Positions 38,700 to 48,736 are shown, numbered from the stretch's first letter. The stretch: DNA of 64,000 bases from Candidatus Gastranaerophilales bacterium (GCA_944324135.1 CALUVE010000001.1:35241-99240); one strand, 5' to 3'. Notes: generated by a model not told the origin, from the sequence alone. Numbers and translations: made by a program.

Positions 38700-38945
38700 T
38701 GTAGAAAACTTTGTAGGATGGTGTAGAAAACTTTTGGGTTTTCTACATATTTTTTAGTTTGTTTAAATATTTTTGTGTTTTATACAGAAAACTTATAAAG
38801 TTTTCTACATAATTTTCTACACATCAAAACAAAGGCTGCTCAAACTTTCCGATGGTTTTCTACAAATAATTGGAGCTTATTATTACTATTATATTTATAT
38901 ATTATTATTTATTATTAATATAATATAATTTGAAATTGTAGAAAA
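38700..38945. other. Chromosomal replication origin (oriC): DnaA-box cluster plus AT-rich unwinding element
   Basis: Seven perfect TTTTCTACA/TGTAGAAAA 9-mers flank a nearly G/C-free stretch at 38877-38930. The cluster lies directly upstream of dnaN. Confidence 0.75.
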
Positions 38946-39070
38946 CAAAAAGATTGCTATTTTTTATTTCTTTGAGGTTTGTAAACAAACATTTCATACA
39001 TTTGTCAATAAAGTAGAGACGGAAGCTTTTTTATACTATAATTTTACTAATAAAAAAGAGGAGTAAGGAT

Positions 39071-40192
39071 ATGAAATTTGTTGTAAAAAAAGAAGATTTG
39101 TATAACGGGATTAAAATAGTAGAACGCGCAACAAGTATGAAAGCATTACAACCCGTACTGTTGAACATCTATATAGAAACAATGGAAACTTCTGCTATAA
39201 AACTGATTGCGACAGATTTGGATTTTACGGTAACCGCAATTGTAGATGCTCAAATAGAAGAACAGGGAAAAATTACATTGCCCTCAAAGACACTGAATGA
39301 AATAGTTTCCAAAACAGGCAACGAATTAATTACTTTCTCTATGGCAGACGGAGAGACTATAGTAAATATCAAAGCGCAAAATTCATCATTTGATATTATC
39401 GGTATTGCAGCATCAGAATTTCCGCCGGAAATAGCAAATGTTGAACTCCATGAAGAAAACAGTTTTGAAATAGCGGTGAAACCTTTGACAAAAGCTGTTA
39501 AACAGGCAGGCTTTGCCGCTGCAGGTTATGAAACAAGCAATCTGTTATCAGGTATTGTTTGTGATATTCACGATGATATTCTTGAGATTGCATCAACAGA
39601 CGGAAACAGACTAGCCCGTGTAAGAGAAAAAATTATGAACAAAGACGGCTGTGCTCATCAGTTGATTATCCCGTCCAAAACACTGAACGAGTTTATTAAA
39701 ATGGCTGCATTTATTGAAGATGAAGCTGTCAGAATTTATATAGAAAAATCAAAAATCATTTTCAAAACAGAAACAACAACAACAATATCACGACTTCTCG
39801 AGGGACAATTCCCTAAATACAACCAGCTTATACCGAACGAAAGCCCGAAAGAAGCTCTTGTTAATGTTTCTAAATTTATTTCTGCACTTGAACGTGTTGC
39901 TATTATGGTTAACGAAAAAACAAATATAGTAAAATTTGATTTTGCTGATAATGTATTGACGTTGGCAGCAGATACTCCGGACGCAGGAAAGTCTGAAGAA
40001 CATATTGATATAGATTACACATCAGAACCTATTACAATTGCATTTAATTATAAGTTTATCCTTGATGCACTGAAAAATATTGAAAGCGACGAAGTTAAAA
40101 TAGGTTTGAATTCAAGCCTCTCTGCTACAGTTCTTAAGCCGAACAGTGAAGATGACTTTGTATGTTTGATTATGCCTGTTCAAATTAGATAA
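39071..40192 (+). CDS. dnaN: DNA polymerase III beta sliding clamp
   Basis: 373 aa with three-domain clamp-like repeats, an ..LEGQFPKYNQLIP.. signature region, and a C-terminal LIMPVQIR. Confidence 0.9.
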   Translation: MKFVVKKEDLYNGIKIVERATSMKALQPVLLNIYIETMETSAIKLIATDLDFTVTAIVDAQIEEQGKITLPSKTLNEIVSKTGNELITFSMADGETIVNIKAQNSSFDIIGIAASEFPPEIANVELHEENSFEIAVKPLTKAVKQAGFAAAGYETSNLLSGIVCDIHDDILEIASTDGNRLARVREKIMNKDGCAHQLIIPSKTLNEFIKMAAFIEDEAVRIYIEKSKIIFKTETTTTISRLLEGQFPKYNQLIPNESPKEALVNVSKFISALERVAIMVNEKTNIVKFDFADNVLTLAADTPDAGKSEEHIDIDYTSEPITIAFNYKFILDALKNIESDEVKIGLNSSLSATVLKPNSEDDFVCLIMPVQIR

Positions 40193-40206
40193 GGATTTAT
40201 ATTGAG

Positions 40207-40611
40207 ATGACAACATTAAAAGAAAAAGCAATAGAATACTTTATGAACGGATACTCTTGCTCAGAAAGCATTGTTCAGGCGGCTATAGATGAGGGGCTTT
40301 GTGATAAAAGTCTATTGCCTGTTGCAACATCTTTTTCAGGCGGAATGGCATCAGGATGCGTCTGCGGCGCTCTTGCTGCTGCTCAAATAATATCCGGTTA
40401 CAACTTTGGCAAAGATAATACCAAAGGGAATCCTTATGAAGCAAGGGAACGCTCCAAACAGCTTGTAGAAGAATTTAAGAAAAGAAACGGAGTAACCTGC
40501 TGCAAAGTTTTATCCGGCGGACGTCAGGGAATGGAGCGTAAGCTTCACTGTCAAAAGATGGTGGGAGACGCCTGCGAGCTTGTGGAAGATATGTTTAAGG
40601 CGGTTGTTTAG
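40207..40611 (+). CDS. C_GCAxxG_C_C-family protein
   Basis: YSCSESI, GGMASGCVCGALAAA (GCxxG core) and TCCKVL motifs. Confidence 0.75.
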   Translation: MTTLKEKAIEYFMNGYSCSESIVQAAIDEGLCDKSLLPVATSFSGGMASGCVCGALAAAQIISGYNFGKDNTKGNPYEARERSKQLVEEFKKRNGVTCCKVLSGGRQGMERKLHCQKMVGDACELVEDMFKAVV

Positions 40612-41460
40612 ATGCAGGATTTGTTCAATTTTGACAGATTGAATTTTCTCACTGCCGGTATGCCTTTATCTACCGGAAAAGGCGGATACAAACGTGCTTT
40701 TGAAATATTGAAAGAGATGGACTTGGACGGAATGGAGCTGGAATTTGTCCACGGCGTCAGGATGAGCGAAGAAACCAGAAATTTCGTAGCCTCCGCAGCC
40801 GGAGATAACAACTTTTACCTCACTGCACACGGGCCTTTTTATATAAATTTAAATTCAAAAGAAGAAGAAAAAGTAGAAGCAAGTGTCCAGAGAATAGTTG
40901 AAACAGCACTTGCCGCAAAAGATACAGGTGCATACAGTATCACATACCATGCTGCTTTTTATATGGGGCTGGAAAAAGATGTTGTATTTGAAAAAGTTAA
41001 AAAGCAAACAGAGAAAATCATAGAAATAGTCGAAAAAGAAAATATAAAAAGCTGGATTCGTCCTGAAACAACAGGAAAACCGACTCAGTGGGGGGATTTG
41101 GACGAGATTATAAATCTCTCAAAAGAATTTAATCAGGTACTTCCCTGTATAGATTTTTCTCATCTGCATGCAAGAACCGGCGGATTGGAAAATACTTATG
41201 ATGAATTTTGCCGCTCTCTTGAAAAATTAGGCTCTGAACTTGGTGACTACGCTCTGAATAATTTCCACGGACACCTTGCAGGTATTGAATACACAAAAAA
41301 AGGCGAACGTTTCCACTTGAATTTGGAAGAATCAGATATGAATTACAAAGACCTCCTGAAAGCAATGAAAACTTTTGGCGTAAAAGGGGTTTTGACCTGT
41401 GAAAGTCCTAATATAGAAGAAGACACCAAGCTTCTTAAAGAATATTATCTTTCACTTTAA
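40612..41460 (+). CDS. TIM-barrel AP-endonuclease-2 / xylose-isomerase-like fold protein (endonuclease IV-like)
   Basis: Metal-ligand-like pattern HGPFYINL, RPETTGK, IDFSHLHA, FHGHLAGIEY. The ATG follows directly on the previous stop. Confidence 0.55.
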   Translation: MQDLFNFDRLNFLTAGMPLSTGKGGYKRAFEILKEMDLDGMELEFVHGVRMSEETRNFVASAAGDNNFYLTAHGPFYINLNSKEEEKVEASVQRIVETALAAKDTGAYSITYHAAFYMGLEKDVVFEKVKKQTEKIIEIVEKENIKSWIRPETTGKPTQWGDLDEIINLSKEFNQVLPCIDFSHLHARTGGLENTYDEFCRSLEKLGSELGDYALNNFHGHLAGIEYTKKGERFHLNLEESDMNYKDLLKAMKTFGVKGVLTCESPNIEEDTKLLKEYYLSL

Positions 41461-41467
41461 TAAAAAA

Positions 41468-43822
41468 TTAAACAGCAGAGAGAGCAAGGTTAGTCAGCTC
41501 ATCTTCCAGCAGATTTTTTTGGAATGCTTCACTCTCGTCAATCAAATCTATCATTTCATTATACTGCGTTTCGTGCAAAACTTTTGATATTTCTGCATTC
41601 CCAAGAAATTCTATTCTGTAAAAATCAGGATGTTTTTCTGTAATTTTTATAAGACCGATATCTTCAAAAATATCAAACAACAGTTCAAAAACCCTGACAG
41701 GTTTGCCGAGAAAACTTGAGCAGCGTTTTAATTCTACTTTTCCTGCATTGTTGTTGTGGGCAAATTTTAGCATACCGACACAGGTTTTCAAAAATTCTTT
41801 TTCGTCAAAGTATTTTATATCATAGTTCATAAAATGTATTGCTTTTGGATTTGTTTCTGAGAGAATTTTGTCAAACAATTCTCTATCAGCAGGATAATCA
41901 AACAGCATCAAAGCATCACAATTGCGCAGATTGTCTCTGGAAATTATTTTTTCTGTCAAATGTTTGTACGGACTCAGTCTGTCTATAACGGTTTTACTTT
42001 CTGCAAAAATAACAATATCCTGTTTGGTTGTTTTTACATAATCGTCGACCTGCGGAAGAATGTTTGTTTTTTTTCTGTGGTCGTAAATTTTTAATTTACC
42101 GGAGTTTTCTTCCGTTTCTTTCAGATATTCTGAGTGAATATCATCAATTATAAGCTGAACGCTGATATTTCCGTTGTATTCGTTTATTTGCGGGTGGAAA
42201 GCTAAATCAAGAGTATCTCCGGCAACAAGAGAAATGTCACCTTTCGACCACCACAGGCACGTAAATTCTTCATTAGCAGCCTGAACTTTTAGTCTTAGAT
42301 GGTCTTTATTTTCGCCGATGAGACGTTTTTCTTTTAGTTTCAAATTTCTCATCACAAAAACAGGATTCGGGTTAGAGGCTCCGAAAGGTTCCAATTTTGA
42401 TATTTCTTCCACCAGATGAACATCAACTTCTCTCGGAGAAAGTTCCAGGTCAATATTAATAAAAGGTTTGATATCTTTGCCGGAGGTAACTTCTTTTATT
42501 GTTTTATTCAGGGCGGCTTTTACTGTTTCAAAACTTGTTTTTTCCGGAGAAAAAGAAAGACCTGCCGCAAGAGAATGCCCTCCGAAACCGTCAAAGAGTT
42601 CTGCATTTGCGCTTATTACTTCATAAAGATGTATCCCCTCTACACTTCTGGCGGAACATCTTATCTGTTTTGTTTCTTCAGAATAAGTCATCAAAAATAC
42701 CGGTTTGTAATATTTTTCCATTAATTTTGATGCCACAATCCCGACAATTCCAACGTGCCAATCTTTTTTGAATAAAATAATGGCAGGATTTCTGTTTCCC
42801 TCAGCCTGAACCATGGCGTCAGCTTCAAGAAAGGTATCCTGACAGAGAGTCTGGCGGATTTTGTTAAAATCATTGAGAGCCAGAATAGCCATTTCAATTT
42901 CCTGCGGGTTATCGGAGATAAGCACCTTAAGAGCCTCTTCAACAGTATCAAGCCGTCCTGAGGCATTTATTCTCGGAGCTATACCAAATGCAATTTGTTC
43001 TGCAGTGATACCGTTTTCAACTTTGTAACCGGCGCTTTCGAGCAGTCTTTTCAGCCCGTAATGTTTGCCGGAGGATATAAGTTCCAGACCTTTTGTCACA
43101 AAATATCTGTTTTCTCCGATTAAAGGAACAACATCGGCAATTGTTCCGACTGCTACAAACGGGAGAATTTCATATATGTATGAGGTTTTGTTATAGTGTT
43201 CAAGAAGAGCCTGAGCTGTTTTAAACGCAACTCCGCAGCCGGCAAGTGCGGTCAGATTTGTTATCTCTTTTGTCGAAAGATTTTCATTTAAAGCATTTGG
43301 AGCTTTCGGGTTAACTATTGCATACGCGTTTGGCAGAATCTCAGGAGCTTCGTGGTGGTCGGTTATTATTACGTCTATTTTAAAACTGTTTATAAAATTA
43401 ACGGCATCAACATCGGAAATCCCGCAGTCAACAGAGATTATAACTTTAGGTTTTGCCTGAGTCATTATTTTAACAAGCGCTTTTGTATCAAAACCGTGCC
43501 CCTCTTTTTCTCTGTCCGGAATAAAATAATTAACATCAGCGCCCAGATATTTGAAAGTTCTGTATAAAACAGAAGTTGATGTAACTCCGTCTGCGTCAAA
43601 GTCTCCGTATATGACTATTTTTTCGCCGTTATCAATGGCGCGGGAGAGTCTTTCTACTGTTTTATCCATATCATTGAAAGCTCTGGGGTGGGTCAGTTGC
43701 ATTTCAAGAGGGTGAAGAAATTCGTAGACTTCTTTTTCACCTTTAATTCCGCGTGCGGCAAGAAGTCTTTCGCTTAATGATTTTTCGTTACCCTCGTATT
43801 TGTTTAAAATCCACTCTTTCAT
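41468..43822 (-). CDS. recJ: Single-stranded-DNA-specific exonuclease RecJ (long form)
   Basis: DHH-family motifs (YGDFDADGVTS, SVDCGISD, ITDHHE) and a DHHA1 GGHSLAAG. Start set at MKEWILNKY rather than the upstream MRLFIF. Confidence 0.85.
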   Translation of the reverse strand: MKEWILNKYEGNEKSLSERLLAARGIKGEKEVYEFLHPLEMQLTHPRAFNDMDKTVERLSRAIDNGEKIVIYGDFDADGVTSTSVLYRTFKYLGADVNYFIPDREKEGHGFDTKALVKIMTQAKPKVIISVDCGISDVDAVNFINSFKIDVIITDHHEAPEILPNAYAIVNPKAPNALNENLSTKEITNLTALAGCGVAFKTAQALLEHYNKTSYIYEILPFVAVGTIADVVPLIGENRYFVTKGLELISSGKHYGLKRLLESAGYKVENGITAEQIAFGIAPRINASGRLDTVEEALKVLISDNPQEIEMAILALNDFNKIRQTLCQDTFLEADAMVQAEGNRNPAIILFKKDWHVGIVGIVASKLMEKYYKPVFLMTYSEETKQIRCSARSVEGIHLYEVISANAELFDGFGGHSLAAGLSFSPEKTSFETVKAALNKTIKEVTSGKDIKPFINIDLELSPREVDVHLVEEISKLEPFGASNPNPVFVMRNLKLKEKRLIGENKDHLRLKVQAANEEFTCLWWSKGDISLVAGDTLDLAFHPQINEYNGNISVQLIIDDIHSEYLKETEENSGKLKIYDHRKKTNILPQVDDYVKTTKQDIVIFAESKTVIDRLSPYKHLTEKIISRDNLRNCDALMLFDYPADRELFDKILSETNPKAIHFMNYDIKYFDEKEFLKTCVGMLKFAHNNNAGKVELKRCSSFLGKPVRVFELLFDIFEDIGLIKITEKHPDFYRIEFLGNAEISKVLHETQYNEMIDLIDESEAFQKNLLEDELTNLALSAV

Positions 43823-43930
43823 AAGCTTTCCCACTAATATAATAACACAAAACAGGTTTTTACTGTTGTTATTAATATTTCTAAATATAAAAAGACGCAA
43901 AAACGTTAGGACAACAAGACGTTAAGAGCG

Positions 43931-45505
43931 TTAATTTTTTGTAGTTCGGTTTTCACCTTTCAGGATGAAAAGTATAGGTATCAGAATAAAACACCCAACA
44001 GCAAAAATTCTGAAAGAATCCATATACGCCCAGAGTTTACATTGCTGCAGCATCTGATTATACAGAGTTGTCTGTGCCATATACATTCCTGTGAAACTGT
44101 CGCTGACATACTGAGTGAAAGTTCCTGCATAAGCGCTTAATCTTTCTGCATAAATATTGTTTGTCGGTGTCAGTGATTTAACCATCATATACTGGTGCAT
44201 TTGTGAAAATCTTGATATGAACGTAGCAACGAGAGATGTTCCGATAGAACCTCCGATTGTTTTTAACAGATTTTGAAACCCTGATGCGTTTGTCATCTGT
44301 TCATTTCTTAAAGTTATACAAGAAAGTGTGACCAGCGGCATCATTGAAAATACCAGCCCGATACCGAAGATAAAGTTTGGAATGACAATATTCATTTGTG
44401 ATATTTCAAGGTTCAAATGCCCGAGCATCCATCCGCCTAATCCCAGACAGAAAAACCCGACAACAGCATACATTTTGTATGGAATTCTACCGCCGACTGC
44501 ACCGAAGATTAATAACGATAATAATGCCCCGACACCGCGCGGCATAATAGATAACCCGCTTGTGAACGCGTCATATCCGAGCAAATATTGAAGCATCTGC
44601 GGTAATATTGCTAAGGATGCCAATAATATCGCGTTTGACATAATCAACATTATTGTTCCGAATACAAAGTTTTTATCTTTCAATACATCAAATCTGATGA
44701 ATGCGTTGTCTTTTTTATTCAAAATTTGCGAGATAAAGAATGATATTCCGCCGATTACGGCAATTGCTGTTAACCAGCAGATAAAAGTTGAGCCGAACCA
44801 GTCTTTATCATTACCTTTATCAAAAACCACCTGTAATGGAACAAGCCATATGCACAGCCAGAAAAATCCCCATTTATCAAGAGTTGTACCTTTTTGGCGT
44901 CTTGCATAAGGCGGATCTTCAAGGTATTTTTTTGCAAGAAAAATTACAATAAGCCCAAACGGAACATTGATGAAAAATATCCATGGCCATGCCCAGTTAT
45001 CAGTAATCCATCCGCCCATTACTGGGCCTAATATAGGCGCAACAACTACAACAAGCCCGAATACAGCCATAGCTTTATTTAAAGATTCTCCCTTAAAGCT
45101 TTCCATTGTTATTGCCTGAGAAAGCGGAATCAAACAACCTCCGCCAAACCCTTGCAGGGCACGTGCAATTACTATCATCCCGATAGAATTTGATACTCCG
45201 CACATAAATGATGCAACAGTAAATACAAAAACACTCAGAATGAAATAGTTTCTCCGTCCGAGGACTTTACAAAAATAATCTATCATCGGAATAACTATAC
45301 TGCTCGCCATCAGGTAGCTTGTTAAAACCCAGATGGATTCCTGGCTGCTGACTGAATATGAGCCGGCAATATGCGGCAGTGCAACGTTTGCAACAGTTTC
45401 ATCCAAGGCATACATAAAAGTTGCAAGCATTACCGGTAAAATTAACAACCACGGATTGCCGGAGGGTTTCCATTCTTGTTCTGTTGTGACTGCTGTGTTT
45501 GACAT
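43931..45505 (-). CDS. DHA2-family (EmrB/QacA-type, 14-TM) MFS drug efflux transporter
   Basis: About 14 TM helices and 524 aa, with motif A-like and motif C-like segments. Operon context with HlyD and MarR. Confidence 0.85.
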   Translation of the reverse strand: MSNTAVTTEQEWKPSGNPWLLILPVMLATFMYALDETVANVALPHIAGSYSVSSQESIWVLTSYLMASSIVIPMIDYFCKVLGRRNYFILSVFVFTVASFMCGVSNSIGMIVIARALQGFGGGCLIPLSQAITMESFKGESLNKAMAVFGLVVVVAPILGPVMGGWITDNWAWPWIFFINVPFGLIVIFLAKKYLEDPPYARRQKGTTLDKWGFFWLCIWLVPLQVVFDKGNDKDWFGSTFICWLTAIAVIGGISFFISQILNKKDNAFIRFDVLKDKNFVFGTIMLIMSNAILLASLAILPQMLQYLLGYDAFTSGLSIMPRGVGALLSLLIFGAVGGRIPYKMYAVVGFFCLGLGGWMLGHLNLEISQMNIVIPNFIFGIGLVFSMMPLVTLSCITLRNEQMTNASGFQNLLKTIGGSIGTSLVATFISRFSQMHQYMMVKSLTPTNNIYAERLSAYAGTFTQYVSDSFTGMYMAQTTLYNQMLQQCKLWAYMDSFRIFAVGCFILIPILFILKGENRTTKN

Positions 45506-45637
45506 GTTTTTTTAACCTTTTCCCCTGATTTTTATAGTCAAATAGTGAACAGCCCGTGTCGAAAAGGAGATTCGTCTTTTCTGCCTGCGGCATTTTAGTG
45601 GACTATTCACTATTTACTTTTTTATTATGAAAAATTT

Positions 45638-46645
45638 CTATCTTACTCTTACTTTCGGAACGACAGACATTCCCGGAACAATATTGTATTCATTCGGGTC
45701 AATTTCTTCAGTGAATACAATTTTTACAGGAACACGCTGTACAATTTTAACGAAAGAACCGACTGCGTTCTCCGGCGGGAATAAGCTTGCTTTTGCTCCG
45801 GAACTTCTTTGGATACTGTCGATTTGTCCTTTAAATACTTTGTTCGGGTAAGTGTCAACTTTTATATCAACAGACTGGCCCGGTTTCATGTGTCTGAGCT
45901 GGTTTTCTTTAAAGTTTGCAACAACCCAGACGTTATGAGGAACAATTGTGCATAATGGTGAACCAACATTTACATACATACCGCGTTCAACTCTTCTTGA
46001 CGCAATAGTGCCTGCTTGAGGAGCTTTGATTGTTGTATATGAAAGGTTAAGTTCTGCCTGTTCCATAGCGGCTTTTGCTGCTTTTAAATCAGCGTCTGCT
46101 ACTTTATTATTATCTTTTGATAACAAAGCCTGATCTGCGCTTGTCAAGTTTGCGACTGCGGAATCATATTTTGTCTGAGCGTTATCAAGAGCTTGTTTTG
46201 AAACAGCACCTGCTGCGTAAAGATTTTTATATCTGTCTAAATCAGCTTTTGCACTGTCGATTGCAGATTGCATTGCATTGTAATTAGCTTTTGCGTTTTC
46301 CTGATCAAGGAGAATTCTTTCGTATCTGGCTTTTGCTGAATCCAGTGCAACTTTATAATCAGTGTCATCAATTTTGGCAATTTCATCTCCCTCTTCGACC
46401 GCCTGGTTATCTGTTATCATAACTTCAACAATCTGACCGCTCACACGCGGAGCTACAGAAACAGTTGTTGTTTCTACGTAAGCATCATCTGTTGATTGGT
46501 ACAAAATCGCCTGATGAATAAAATATCCGACTCCCAGTGCGATTAATATAATTATCCCAATCATTGTCGGTTTGTTAATTTTTTTCTTTTTATCCTGTTT
46601 GGACTCTTCTTTGTGTTCTTTTGTTTCGATTTTTTCTTCTTCCAT
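45638..46645 (-). CDS. HlyD/EmrA-family membrane fusion protein
   Basis: N-terminal TM anchor, a biotinyl-lipoyl-like hairpin, a long coiled coil (alanine/glutamine-rich), and a C-terminal beta-barrel. Confidence 0.85.
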   Translation of the reverse strand: MEEEKIETKEHKEESKQDKKKKINKPTMIGIIILIALGVGYFIHQAILYQSTDDAYVETTTVSVAPRVSGQIVEVMITDNQAVEEGDEIAKIDDTDYKVALDSAKARYERILLDQENAKANYNAMQSAIDSAKADLDRYKNLYAAGAVSKQALDNAQTKYDSAVANLTSADQALLSKDNNKVADADLKAAKAAMEQAELNLSYTTIKAPQAGTIASRRVERGMYVNVGSPLCTIVPHNVWVVANFKENQLRHMKPGQSVDIKVDTYPNKVFKGQIDSIQRSSGAKASLFPPENAVGSFVKIVQRVPVKIVFTEEIDPNEYNIVPGMSVVPKVRVR

Positions 46646-46665
46646 TTTGTACCTCTTTTATATAA

Positions 46666-47130
46666 CTATATATTTTTCATTTCAAAAACTTCTTCCAGAT
46701 TGCAGCGCAGTTTTTTAAGCGAACTATGAATATTTTCTAATTCTTCATCTGTAAGTTTGCGTTTTGACGAATTTATAAAACCTTCTATTTTTTTGTTAAT
46801 CTGATGAATTTTTTTGACGCCGCTTTCTGTCAGACCCATTTTTTTTACAAGCCTGTTATTTTTTGTATCAATAAATCTTGTAATAAGTCCTTTCTCTTCA
46901 AGTGAATCTAAAATTCTGCCTGTATTTGCCCTGTCTTTGAGAATCAGCTTGGCAAGGTCGCGCTGGCAAATACCTGAATTACATAAAATAGTATCAAGCG
47001 CAACATACTCATCCGGTGTTACATCTATTTCCAGCTGTTCAAAAACTCTAACGCTTATTAATCGCAAAAGTCTTGCCACCTGTTCAATTTCATAATTCAA
47101 GGTATCTGTATAATGTAGACACTTTGGCAT
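46666..47130 (-). CDS. MarR-family transcriptional regulator
   Basis: 154 aa with a winged HTH (ICQRDLAKLILKDRANTGRILDSLEEKGLITR). Confidence 0.8.
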   Translation of the reverse strand: MPKCLHYTDTLNYEIEQVARLLRLISVRVFEQLEIDVTPDEYVALDTILCNSGICQRDLAKLILKDRANTGRILDSLEEKGLITRFIDTKNNRLVKKMGLTESGVKKIHQINKKIEGFINSSKRKLTDEELENIHSSLKKLRCNLEEVFEMKNI

Positions 47131-47163
47131 ATTTTCTAATTCCCTTTATTATTTCAATGTTGT

Positions 47164-47193
47164 GTTGTAAAAAAAATATGTTGCATTTACAAC
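47164..47193. promoter_or_regulatory. Candidate MarR operator (inverted repeat) in the divergent marR-emrAB / OMF intergenic region
   Basis: GTTGTAAA (47164-47171) and TTTACAAC (47186-47193) are separated by 14 nt. A second inverted repeat is TTGCATTT (47181-47188) / AAATGCAA (47221-47228). Confidence 0.3.
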
Positions 47194-47254
47194 AATATTA
47201 TGCTAACATACTAATTATAGAAATGCAAGTAGTTTAAATAGAGGAAAAGTAAAA

Positions 47255-48652
47255 TTGAAAAAGATAATCACAATAGCTCTATTAGCAGGGATTTTGAACA
47301 TGAATTGCAGCACATTAGTGACACTTGCAAAAGAGGAGACAAACCCCAAAGCCCCGCATGAATTCAAGAGCATGGTCAAAAAAGATAAAAAATACGACCC
47401 GTCTTATAAATATGAGTATACAAATGTTGATTGGTGGAACAGATTTAATGACAGTGTTTTAACCGGTTATATAAATAAAGCTATAGAAAACAACTATGAC
47501 CTGAAAGCAGCCTCACTGGCTGTTCAGGAGTATTACCAACAGACAAGAGCACAGTTTGCTAATGAATTGCCTCAAATCGGCGCAGGATTTTTCCCAGGGT
47601 ACGCAAAAATGCCCGGCACAACAGACAGCGACTGGTCTTTTGCTGTTCCGGGATTTGCTTCTTATGAAGTTGATATTTTCTTGAAAAACAGAGATAAAAC
47701 AAAATCAGTTAAGAAACTTTACGAGGGGGCAAAGATTGATGAACGTGCTGCGTATATCGCAATAGCGTCTGCTGTCGGAACTACTTATCTTAACATTGTA
47801 AACCTTGATAAGACAATAGAAATTCAGCAGCAAATTGTTGATATAAGAAAAAATATTTATGACCTCATGCAAATGAGCAACAAAGAGGGGCTTGTTTCTA
47901 CATCAGATGTAGTCAGCGCAAATAAAGAATACGTTGACGGCATGACTGCTCTGGTTGAACTTACCAAACAGCGCGACAAACTTTTAAATCAGCTTTGCGT
48001 CCTGATTGGCGAAAGTCCTGAAAATGCAGCTTCTTTGCAGAGAACTTCTTTTGACAGCCTGAATTACAATATTTCAATTCCGGAATCTATTGCAACAGAA
48101 GTAATTGTTCAAAGACCGGACTATCTAAAAGCGGAAAAAATGGTTGAAAAAGCCGGTATAGATGTTCGTGTTGCCCGTAAAGAATTTCTCCCGTCAATAA
48201 ATCTCGGCGGTTTGATGTTCTTTAATGCAAACGATTTGGGCAGTGTGTTTACTACCCGCAATGCATTGATGGCATTGGGCGGCGGGCTTTTCTGGCCTGT
48301 TTTTACAGGCGGTTCAAGAATGGCTAATTTGAAAATCAAAAAATTTGGCTACGAACGTGTTTTGCAGCAGTATTACAAAACAAATCTCACTGCAATTCAG
48401 GAGGTTAACGATGCTCTCCTGTGCGTGAAAATGGATAAAGATAAACTCGACAAAGTCCAAAAACAAAGAGATTTGGAGGCAGAAGAGTATGCTTATTCTG
48501 AGGCTAAATATAATCAAGGCGTAATTTCTAAGCTTGATTTAATCCAAAAACAGGAAAACCTCCTTGTTATGGATAAAACCCTTGCTCAAAATAAGGTTGA
48601 ATTTATGGTAGACAACATAGGTCTTTATAAAGCAACCGGCAGCAAGATATAG
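47255..48652 (+). CDS. Outer-membrane efflux factor, NodT/OprM-type (TolC family)
   Basis: TTG start, a signal peptide with a Cys (..LNMNCS), and OEP-repeat architecture. Divergent from the marR-emrAB operon. Confidence 0.8.
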   Translation: MKKIITIALLAGILNMNCSTLVTLAKEETNPKAPHEFKSMVKKDKKYDPSYKYEYTNVDWWNRFNDSVLTGYINKAIENNYDLKAASLAVQEYYQQTRAQFANELPQIGAGFFPGYAKMPGTTDSDWSFAVPGFASYEVDIFLKNRDKTKSVKKLYEGAKIDERAAYIAIASAVGTTYLNIVNLDKTIEIQQQIVDIRKNIYDLMQMSNKEGLVSTSDVVSANKEYVDGMTALVELTKQRDKLLNQLCVLIGESPENAASLQRTSFDSLNYNISIPESIATEVIVQRPDYLKAEKMVEKAGIDVRVARKEFLPSINLGGLMFFNANDLGSVFTTRNALMALGGGLFWPVFTGGSRMANLKIKKFGYERVLQQYYKTNLTAIQEVNDALLCVKMDKDKLDKVQKQRDLEAEEYAYSEAKYNQGVISKLDLIQKQENLLVMDKTLAQNKVEFMVDNIGLYKATGSKI

Positions 48653-48736
48653 AGAAAAACAAACTCCGTACACAAATAAAAAATAACATATATGTAATCA
48701 CATCACCTCTTTACTTTAAATTTTTTTAAAGTAAAT

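Noticed and set aside
38700-38945. The repeated 9-mers TGTAGAAAA/TTTTCTACA could be mistaken for a CRISPR array or a tandem repeat.
   Set aside because: The repeats are only 9 nt, occur in both orientations with irregular spacing, sit next to dnaN and an AT-rich tract, and no cas genes are present. A DnaA-box cluster (oriC) explains them.
43823-43900. The recJ ORF has an upstream extension (MRLFIFRNINNNSKNLFCVIILVGKL).
   Set aside because: The extension shows no homology-like features. RecJ-like sequence begins at MKEWILNKY, so the internal ATG was chosen.
45399-45593. A 64-aa minus-strand ORF spans the emrB start and the emrA-emrB spacer.
   Set aside because: It overlaps the emrB N-terminus out of frame, has no RBS, and its translation is not protein-like. 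The spacer is better described as a structured RNA region.
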